DNA of 32,000 nucleotides from Candidatus Heimdallarchaeota archaeon (GTDB lineage Archaea; Asgardarchaeota; Heimdallarchaeia; Heimdallarchaeales; Kariarchaeaceae): NCBI GenBank assembly GCA_030149205.1, contig JASBSB010000001.1, positions 720,001 to 752,000 of the forward strand, read 5' to 3'. Shown piece by piece: positions 24,636 to 32,000 of this stretch (position 1 is its first letter; each line of letters starts with the position of its first letter). The notes under the pieces were generated by a model. It saw only the letters and a program-made list of their open reading frames with translations, ran no database searches and was not told where the DNA came from. The position numbers and the translations under genes were made by a program.

Positions 24636-25893
24636 GTTTTAAATAGAAGGGAATAGCATTCTTTCTTTCCTTAAAATATAGTATCAGGTTTTGTGTTGGT
24701 ATGCTTAGGTAAACCAATGTTATGACAATGTTAATAGTGCCAAACAGGCCCACCAACCAGAAATTATCCACAGCAAATCCATAGATAATGAAGATAGGAT
24801 TGATATTAAAGAGGATTCCACAAAATATGGCAATTTTTCTATGAAACATGGCATCCATTGATATCACGTTTCTGCGACCTGTGAAAAGAAAAGTGTAAAT
24901 CTGAAAGATATGTATCCTATGGAATGCCCCCAATATGATTAAAGAGAGTCCTAACAGTAGAGTCACATGTATATGAAGCAGATAAATCATTTTGTTCCCC
25001 GGAAAAAAAGCAAGTATTAACCCTAAGTTGCTTCCGATAAGAAACCAGATCAGACCCATTCCAGTATACAGAAGTGTCTCTTTGTGATCTATTGGCTTTT
25101 TAGATCCAAAGATACTTTTGAAAAGAATGAGCAATGCCCATATCCAAGCAATTTCCCATAGGATTCCTCCAAGTCCATGTAATGATGATTTGATGATTCC
25201 TGAGGGGATGTAATAGGTTACTATAAAAAAGAAAGATGCCATAACAGAGGTATAAAAATGATAATTTAAGCCAGTTCGAAGCTTTCTATCTATGTTATGT
25301 CCAAGAAACATTGGAAGGACACGGATAAGAGCACCCTGAAGGGTCAATGTGATCCACCCAATTCCAAAAATGTGAATGCTTGATGAAATTGGTGCAATTG
25401 TTGAAGAGTAACCAGTAATGCTGAGGTAAAAGAGCTGTATAAATCCTAGAAGAAAGAACGCTTGAGCTGCAATGAAGTAGTTTAATGGAAACTTATGCTT
25501 TGGGTCTCTCCACTGCTTTAACAACCAATAGGAATGGATAATTAGTGCAATTGAATACACCAAGAACCCTGATATCAAAACAGGTTTAGAGGCAACGGAT
25601 GTACCCAGAATTAACAAAAAGAGACCGAGAGGTAATGAAATTAGAAATATCCATCTAAATGTCTCAGGTTCATATTTTCTGAGTCCAGTGATTGCCCTAA
25701 AAAACTGAAGCTGAGCCCCCAAAATCATGAATGCAATCCATCCCAAAAATGCAAGAAGAAAATGTCCTTGCAGGGGATTGTACAAATTGATCTGGAGAAA
25801 TCCAGATGTAAACACACCGAATAGCTGGGTTAACAGGAATAGTGTTATACCCATCATCAAAGTCCAAATTGGGACAGGTTCTCCTCTAAACAT
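24616..25893 (-). CDS. Polytopic (~12 TM) NnrS-like / heme-copper-oxidase-subunit-I-like membrane protein
   Basis: Three internal repeats with His at a helix start: HFLLAFLGWIAFMILG, HIFGIGWITLTLQG..RVLPMF, HIHVTLLLGLSLIILG. Confidence 0.65.
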   Translation of the reverse strand: MFRGEPVPIWTLMMGITLFLLTQLFGVFTSGFLQINLYNPLQGHFLLAFLGWIAFMILGAQLQFFRAITGLRKYEPETFRWIFLISLPLGLFLLILGTSVASKPVLISGFLVYSIALIIHSYWLLKQWRDPKHKFPLNYFIAAQAFFLLGFIQLFYLSITGYSSTIAPISSSIHIFGIGWITLTLQGALIRVLPMFLGHNIDRKLRTGLNYHFYTSVMASFFFIVTYYIPSGIIKSSLHGLGGILWEIAWIWALLILFKSIFGSKKPIDHKETLLYTGMGLIWFLIGSNLGLILAFFPGNKMIYLLHIHVTLLLGLSLIILGAFHRIHIFQIYTFLFTGRRNVISMDAMFHRKIAIFCGILFNINPIFIIYGFAVDNFWLVGLFGTINIVITLVYLSIPTQNLILYFKERKNAIPFYLKPTELHS

Positions 25894-26117
25894 GTTCAGA
25901 GTATATAAAATAAAGTACCTCTTAAATTTATATTTAAATCTTTGAAATTTGGAGACAATTCTGAAAAAACAAATTATTTTAATTTAATTAAATAGCTCTT
26001 GCATATTGTCTCAAATGCTTTGACATAAACATATCATTATACGTTACTTGATTAAATAAGTTTTCAATGATGTTTAAATTGTTATTTCTGGTTTATATTT
26101 TAATATTTAATTAAATT

Positions 26118-28364
26118 CTATTTTCGTCTTCTATAAATTACAATAACACCTAAACCGAGGATGAAAGGTAGTAGGAGGAATGGTGCACCCACAGATGGTG
26201 AAACCGATGGAGCCGCAGATTTAGTAGGTGTTGATGTCCCAGTTGGTGTTTGTGTGGGGGTTGGTGTGGGTGTTGGAGTTGCTGTTGGTTGTGCCTGAGG
26301 CTGATAGTTAACAGAGTAATCAGGATCATGAACCAGATTCTTTCCATCCCAGGTTGGATAGTTGACAATTACCAAATCAGATTTATAGAAGAATTTACCC
26401 TTAAGGCTCTGAACAAGTGTGTTCACCTGTGAGGTTCCTCCAGTCTGATCAGATTGTGAGGAGAAAGGAGAAACTGAACTTCCTCCAAAGTTACCTGAGA
26501 CCTGAACCAAATTAATCACACCAAATGTGGCATTATATGTGGTACCATTGAGGTTATACTTTTGCTTTGCACCAGTGACATTGAGCTCTGTTGCTGTCCC
26601 ACCACCTGCTTTGACATTGATTGTGGCAAAACTCTCCTGCTGAGAGGAAGTCACATTTGTGTTGGCACCTGTAGCAGTGTAGACTGCACTTAGTGCGAAG
26701 AAGTCGGATCTGGTGACAGTTGCCAATGATAGTCCACTGAAGGCTCCCTTCTTTGTTGAGTCACGAATACCAGAGTACGTCCAAGTTGGACTTACAGTTG
26801 CTCTTCCAGTTGTTGGATTGACTGTAACCTTGTAATCATAGCTCATATTCTCGTAGTCAATGAAGCTGTTTGTTGCATTGGTTGTGTTGACCCAAGTAAC
26901 TGGGAAGTTGTTGTAATCCACACCAAAGTTAAAGACCACATCTCCATTGGTCTTTTGAACTGGAGCGGTCCACTTCATAGTAGAGGTGGAGGCAGTCAAG
27001 TTTCCATATCCATAGGATTCAGTGTTGAATCTGGTCTGATTTCTGTGAACTGTGTCAGTAATGTTCAAACCACCATATCCCCAAAGGGTTGTTGTACTGG
27101 TTGAATTGACCTCTTTGTATCGGGCATTTACTGCATCAACATGATAAGCCTCTGCCAGACCAAGATAGTTGATTCTGTCAGATGAGGCTATTGATGGCCC
27201 ATTCTGTGTGAGAGCGAGGTCCAACTGCCCATTTAGATTTCCATCTGTATAAGCTGCCATCACGGGGATGGTTGATACACCCCAAACTGCTAATCTTGCA
27301 GATATGGTTGTACTGTTAGGTGTTGAGGTTTTTGACTTGGTAGCAAAAAGTGAGGTGATACTCTGGAATGTGCTTTTAATCGTTGACTTATAGCTTGAAT
27401 ATCCAGCCTCTACAAACGACCCAGTCGCAGTTGATGTTACTGGAAGTAATTCTCTCGGATACATACCAGGGTCTACTGGTGTACCATTCATAAATTTAAG
27501 CTGAGTGAAATCTGCATATACCAAACTATATGCGACATATCCAACAGTGTATTCAGTATAGTTTGCCTTGATGTTATCAAACATGGTGACATGTAGACCC
27601 ATGTTTTTCCCATTGGTTATTGTGACCTGGTGAGCTGTGGCACTGACATTGTATGCAACTGAATGCCGGACACCATAGGCCATGTATGCGGCAGAGTACT
27701 TTGTTCTGGTTCCTTTTACCTGAGTCAATACTGTGTCAACTTTAAAGATTACAGCTGCAACACTAAGTACACCCTTCCAAAGAGCCTGTGTCCCATTGGC
27801 ATACTTGAAGAAAAACTCCACATATGAATTGTTAGCTGGAAACTGTCCGAGAAAATCACCTTTTGTTGAAATGGCAACAGTAACTGAAGTACGATAATGA
27901 TCTGTGAAATTCATCTTCATTTGTACGAAACCATCTGTGTAATTTTTTGGGTTAAACCTTGCGGCGACAATCTTCATAAGATAAGTGTGGACAAAGTAGG
28001 TGAATGTTTCATTGTTGAAGTATTGTGTCTCGTTAGCAACAGAAGTGCCAATTGTCTTGTTCCAATCTATCTTGTAGATGTAATTTGACAATGTTATGTT
28101 CTTAACGAGTGGTAACGTCCTCACAAAGGTACTGGTACGATTGTGAGTCTCTGTAATGGTACCATTCAGATTTCTGGTCATATTTCCAGAATCAAAATAA
28201 GTCTTGGTACCATACGTATAGTTCAATCCACCAATAGAGCCTGATGTCAGGGCATTGGCAGAGATTTCATGCACCGGTGTGACTGGAGCTACGGGTGCGT
28301 ACCCGACAACACCAATCAACATGGTTGCAAGAACTAGATAAAAACTAAGGGTTTTAGCTTGCAT
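26118..28364 (-). CDS. Heavily N-glycosylated surface (S-layer-like) protein with PT linker and C-terminal anchor
   Basis: Signal peptide; about 27 NxS/T sequons by hand count; NYPTWDG..LVHDP; PTATPTPTPTPTQTP; TM + YRRRK. Start moved from TTG 28376 to ATG 28364 because TATA TTTATAAA lies at 28391-28398. Confidence 0.8.
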   Translation of the reverse strand: MQAKTLSFYLVLATMLIGVVGYAPVAPVTPVHEISANALTSGSIGGLNYTYGTKTYFDSGNMTRNLNGTITETHNRTSTFVRTLPLVKNITLSNYIYKIDWNKTIGTSVANETQYFNNETFTYFVHTYLMKIVAARFNPKNYTDGFVQMKMNFTDHYRTSVTVAISTKGDFLGQFPANNSYVEFFFKYANGTQALWKGVLSVAAVIFKVDTVLTQVKGTRTKYSAAYMAYGVRHSVAYNVSATAHQVTITNGKNMGLHVTMFDNIKANYTEYTVGYVAYSLVYADFTQLKFMNGTPVDPGMYPRELLPVTSTATGSFVEAGYSSYKSTIKSTFQSITSLFATKSKTSTPNSTTISARLAVWGVSTIPVMAAYTDGNLNGQLDLALTQNGPSIASSDRINYLGLAEAYHVDAVNARYKEVNSTSTTTLWGYGGLNITDTVHRNQTRFNTESYGYGNLTASTSTMKWTAPVQKTNGDVVFNFGVDYNNFPVTWVNTTNATNSFIDYENMSYDYKVTVNPTTGRATVSPTWTYSGIRDSTKKGAFSGLSLATVTRSDFFALSAVYTATGANTNVTSSQQESFATINVKAGGGTATELNVTGAKQKYNLNGTTYNATFGVINLVQVSGNFGGSSVSPFSSQSDQTGGTSQVNTLVQSLKGKFFYKSDLVIVNYPTWDGKNLVHDPDYSVNYQPQAQPTATPTPTPTPTQTPTGTSTPTKSAAPSVSPSVGAPFLLLPFILGLGVIVIYRRRK

Positions 28365-28390
28365 GGTTACATACAATGAACATTTTCTTG

Positions 28391-28398
28391 TTTATAAA
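28391..28398 (-). promoter_or_regulatory. Archaeal TATA box of the glycoprotein gene
   Basis: TTTATAAA 27 nt upstream of ATG 28364. Confidence 0.55.
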
Positions 28399-28813
28399 TC
28401 TGTGTAAATTATGGACAACTAAACTATTTTATCTTGAAATAACATGAAATTATTTAGTTTATCCATTATTTTGTCGTGTAAAGTTCAAAAATGGGGACAT
28501 ATGGAGCGATAATAAATGTTTACTTACTCTGTCACTATTTGCAAAGTTATTTATGGTTGGTTGAACGAATATAAGACCTTAATTTTATTTTTATAAAGAT
28601 TCTGGAGCTAATTTTCCCATAATTTTTTAGTTATCTTCTTGAGCAAATGAAATTTCATGAAAATTATTCTTTGCTAACCAATAGAAGTAAATTTTTTAAG
28701 GTTTGAGAAATGACAGGTATGAATTTTTGTCTCATTTGGTTATCTCATTATTTCATGAGATTGTAATTGCCTTGAGAGTAATTTACTTAAATAGGAGCAA
28801 CTCAGCTAGTTTG

Positions 28814-29419
28814 ATGAGGTCACCTCTCTTCCTTCTTGATGGTATGGTATTGTTTCCCAGAACTGTTCTTCCATTGCAGATAATTGAGGATAGATACATC
28901 AAAATGACGGATTTTATCTTAACACAGGATCCAATCAATCAAATGTTCTTATTGGGCCCTCAGCAGACCAGCACACTTAAAACTCAGATTTCGACCCTAT
29001 GTCAGTTAACACATGTCACACCAATGAAAAACGGGTATAGTATCGTTGTCAAGGCATTACACCCTGTGAAGTTGTTAACTGTGGATTCTCATACTTATGA
29101 GTTTTCAATGGCTGATTTCAAGAGCCTTGAGGAAAGAACTGTTCTCACCTTTGAAGATAAACAGAGACTGCTAGACTCTTTACATACACTCCAAATAAAG
29201 ATACCAAAAGAACATAAGTTTCAAAACATCTCTGCTGAGGACTCTTTAGCCTATTTATGCACTTATTTACCAATTAATACTGAACTGAAGGTTAATCTTC
29301 TGGCAGAGCTAGATCTAAAATCAAGGATGGAGGCATTACTTAAAATCATTGAATCTGAACCCTTCTTTAAATTGTTAAATCATCAGGATCACTTAGTGTT
29401 TTTACATAAATACAATTAA
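28814..29419 (+). CDS. Stand-alone Lon protease N-terminal (substrate-binding, PUA-like) domain protein
   Basis: PLFLLDGMVLFPRTVLPLQIIEDRYIKM; YLP....KVNLLAELDLKSRMEALL. The domain begins right after in-frame ATG 28814, so the TTG extension to 28703 is probably not coding. Confidence 0.85.
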   Translation: MRSPLFLLDGMVLFPRTVLPLQIIEDRYIKMTDFILTQDPINQMFLLGPQQTSTLKTQISTLCQLTHVTPMKNGYSIVVKALHPVKLLTVDSHTYEFSMADFKSLEERTVLTFEDKQRLLDSLHTLQIKIPKEHKFQNISAEDSLAYLCTYLPINTELKVNLLAELDLKSRMEALLKIIESEPFFKLLNHQDHLVFLHKYN

Positions 29420-29490
29420 CCCAGAACTACATGTTCTATGAGAAATTAAATATGGTTAATAATTAAGTTTATGAAGGCTAGTTAGCAAAC

Positions 29491-30045
29491 TTAGACATAA
29501 TCATACTGCTTGTGCCCGGTGATACCAGAGGCAAGGTAGGCAAATCCAAGAAATACAAACCCAAATGCGAGTAACAGAATGAGTGTTCCCACTGCAGAAC
29601 TTGGGACAAACAGGTCATATACTGCAAAGACCAATGAGAGTAAACCACCAAGACCATAAAGGACCCGAGCCCAGGTTTTAACATAGCTATGTTCGAAGGC
29701 TTCATAAAGAAATCCGATTCCTATAAACAGCATCGCAAAAGAAAGATACACTGCCATTAAGAACGCTCCAGCTGACTGACTAAACAGCACAACTATACCA
29801 AGTAACAGGTTGACAAAGCCAAATATAAGATCTAATGTTCTCGATTTTCTGCTGAACTGTTCTCCTGCAAATCCTCTGTACATCTCGATAAATCCTGTCA
29901 CAATCAAAATTACTGAGAGTATAACCAGTAGGGTGATAAAGCCAATACTTGGAAAAAAGATAACGAGGTCTGCAAATACTAGATATGCCAGCCCCACAAT
30001 CAGGTCAAAAATTCGGGTTAATGGAGATAAATGTTTCTGTTCCAT
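29491..30045 (-). CDS. HdeD/DUF308 family membrane protein
   Basis: Six short TM helices in repeated pairs (GFITLLVILSVILIVTGFIEM; LIFGFVNLLLGIVVL; LSFAMLFIGI); TATA CTTAAATA at 30070-30077. Confidence 0.8.
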   Translation of the reverse strand: MEQKHLSPLTRIFDLIVGLAYLVFADLVIFFPSIGFITLLVILSVILIVTGFIEMYRGFAGEQFSRKSRTLDLIFGFVNLLLGIVVLFSQSAGAFLMAVYLSFAMLFIGIGFLYEAFEHSYVKTWARVLYGLGGLLSLVFAVYDLFVPSSAVGTLILLLAFGFVFLGFAYLASGITGHKQYDYV

Positions 30046-30368
30046 ATCCTATTAAGACAATATTAATTTTATTTAAGGTCTAGGTGAGGGATATATTCTC
30101 ATTTCCAAAAAAAAATTCACATATAACCTGAACTCAGAACAGCGGTAAAGAATGATTAATGACTGTTTACCCTAGTATCAAATATTTAAATGTGGTAGAC
30201 TATGAATTCCTTTAAGTTAAGTGAAATTTAGTTCTATGGGAGTTATAAAGAAATCGAATCAGATTTTGCTGGTTTAATTTTGATACAGGGTACTAAATGT
30301 TCATCAAATCTAACACCGAATTTGGGTGAAAAGCAATTGTATAAATTAAAGGGTGTATAGGTTAATTT

Positions 30369-31538
30369 ATGGCTTTGTCATTACAGGATCCAATAATTAT
30401 TTACTCTATTATTTGGCTTGCTGTAACTGTGGTCTTCTATTTGCTCAAGTTTAAACCCTTTAGACTGAACTTTTACCCCTTTGGCTTTAACTTTAAGTAT
30501 CTTAATGGTTCATATGACTGGATTGCAAATCTTTCCCCAAGGTTTTGGAGAGGCCTTAGTAGAAGAGTCCTCTTAATCATCCCAATAATTCAGCCAATAT
30601 TCTATGTTGGTACAATTTTTGCCTTTGTGGGGTCTTCATTTAAAATTATCTATGCTAAGGAGCTGTTGCTACCGTTTGTTATAAATCTGACCTCTCCCTA
30701 CCTCTTTCCTATACTATTTTTCACATTTCTCATTCATGAGGTATTCCATGGAATTGTGGCAAGAGCAGAGAAGGTTCCTGTAAACTCCACAGGAGTCCTG
30801 TATATCCCATTTTTAGCAATTGCAGCTTATGTTCAGGTTGATTATGAATTTTTCGCCAAAAATAAACAGAATCACCTGTTGACACCTGAGACTTCTGTTA
30901 CCAAGAATATGACACCAGTCCCACTGCTAAATTTTGGGGTTCCAGATCAGTATGAGGTATCAATCGCAGAGAACCTCATCCATCAGCCTCTAAGATACTT
31001 TGAGCTTGAGGGTTCACTTGACAGAATTTTCCAAAAGATCAATGTTGACAACTTGAACTTTATGAACATCCGATTTATTTTCTTAAATTCATTGAACATG
31101 ACAGATTCAAGTAATGGTTTATGGGACTTTTCATTGGGTGGAAGACGATTATTGGCTTATATTAAAGAAGGAATGGGAGCTGTGTTTCTTCAACAACAAG
31201 TGACACAACGGAATGTAAACATGTTCACAGGGTTAACAGAAGAAGAAAAAACCTCAATGGGTAGAATATTGGTGGCAGGATTTATTGGAAACCTACTCCT
31301 TGGTGTAATCTCATTTGCGGGTTGGTATCTCTCCGGATTTCATCAGTTCTGGTGGGATTTATTAACAGCTAATCTGGGTCTTTTTGTGTTGAATTTACTA
31401 CCACTTTATGTGACTGATGGTGCAAAGTTGGCAGTCCTGATTAAGGAGAGGATACAAAATCCTGTATTAGCATCACTCTACTATTTTGTGACGTATCCAC
31501 TTACAATTGTGGCAGTCTTCTTGACATTTACTGGGTAG
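30369..31538 (+). CDS. Site-2 protease family (M50) intramembrane zinc metalloprotease
   Basis: HEVFH (HExxH, aa 123-127), RILVAGFIGN, NLLPLYVTDG (NxxPxxxxDG). Confidence 0.9.
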   Translation: MALSLQDPIIIYSIIWLAVTVVFYLLKFKPFRLNFYPFGFNFKYLNGSYDWIANLSPRFWRGLSRRVLLIIPIIQPIFYVGTIFAFVGSSFKIIYAKELLLPFVINLTSPYLFPILFFTFLIHEVFHGIVARAEKVPVNSTGVLYIPFLAIAAYVQVDYEFFAKNKQNHLLTPETSVTKNMTPVPLLNFGVPDQYEVSIAENLIHQPLRYFELEGSLDRIFQKINVDNLNFMNIRFIFLNSLNMTDSSNGLWDFSLGGRRLLAYIKEGMGAVFLQQQVTQRNVNMFTGLTEEEKTSMGRILVAGFIGNLLLGVISFAGWYLSGFHQFWWDLLTANLGLFVLNLLPLYVTDGAKLAVLIKERIQNPVLASLYYFVTYPLTIVAVFLTFTG

Positions 31539-31700
31539 CTTGTAAGGTTGATAGTCTCATTCTATGGAAAATTATGTTTTGTTGGATATCATGTTACGTA
31601 GAACATTATAATAAAAACGAATGAACCGCTATATTCATAGTCCAAATCATTTATTCTGAAAATAACCTTCTAAATGATTTAATTTCTAGAGAAATTCAGC

Positions 31701-32000
31701 CTAAGCTTCTGTAAGTTGGAGGAACAGAACCTGAAAGATCTTGATGAGCTTTTCTATAGAGTCCAGTTCCACACTCTCATTAATGCCATGGTCATTTTTA
31801 CCTATTGGACCAAGCTCTACACCAGGGATACCTAACTCAGTAAAGAACCTGGTGTCGCTTGCACCACCTAACTTCTCCCCTACATCAAATATGTGAAAAT
31901 CTGACTTTTCAGACACATCCCTCAACAGTTTAGGTAGATAAGATTCTGGATCTACATTCACAGGGTCTATCCCTGAGAGGATCTCACCGGTTAATTCGAA
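31701..32000 (-). CDS. C-terminal part of an M20 family (ArgE/DapE-like) metallopeptidase, truncated by the window edge
   Basis: GGASDTRFF..LGIPGVELGP....DHGINESV; frame stays open to nt 32000 (FELTGEILSGIDPVNVDP...). Confidence 0.85.
   Translation of the reverse strand, partial: FELTGEILSGIDPVNVDPESYLPKLLRDVSEKSDFHIFDVGEKLGGASDTRFFTELGIPGVELGPIGKNDHGINESVELDSIEKLIKIFQVLFLQLTEA

Noticed and set aside
1636-29705. Short ORF-track entries nested in or antisense to longer genes (e.g. 2230-2523, 2837-3148, 2911-3432, 8839-9084, 13836-14195, 16155-16421, 26150-26368, 29478-29705)
   Set aside because: They overlap well-supported CDSs and show no motifs; treated as shadow ORFs.
1-32000. CRISPR arrays, tRNA/rRNA genes, IS elements or proviral genes
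   Set aside because: No regularly spaced repeats, RNA-gene signatures, transposase/integrase motifs or terminal inverted repeats seen by eye.

Overview
Low-GC (~30-35%) archaeal chromosomal segment with no rRNA, tRNA, CRISPR array or transposase that I can recognise. TATA boxes 22-27 nt upstream of start codons, a 7TM + longin-like protein and several C-terminally anchored surface glycoproteins suggest an Asgard archaeon, probably Heimdallarchaeia-like (inference). Conventional genes: a WD40 propeller, a metal-dependent amidohydrolase, a class I SAM methyltransferase, DUF1801, a LEA_2-like protein, a tandem GNAT, an NnrS-like membrane protein, a stand-alone Lon N-domain, HdeD/DUF308, a site-2 protease and a truncated M20 peptidase. 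The best candidate for an undescribed system is a translationally coupled two-gene operon (8124-10960): a winged-helix/coiled-coil/winged-helix protein plus a BrxD-like P-loop ATPase fused to an Mrr-like PD-(D/E)XK nuclease and a terminal winged helix, with no other BREX or R-M genes in the window. Other notable items: an ADP-ribosyltransferase-fold protein with a variant triad followed by an unannotated 59-aa ORF; a maspardin (SPG21)-like hydrolase that keeps its catalytic His; three adjacent 7TM genes; a dispersed family of four (2TM + PH-like)x2 paralogs; and a WD40 gene with a chimeric repeat and a decayed in-frame eighth repeat after its stop codon. All family assignments come from motif recognition by eye; no searches were run.
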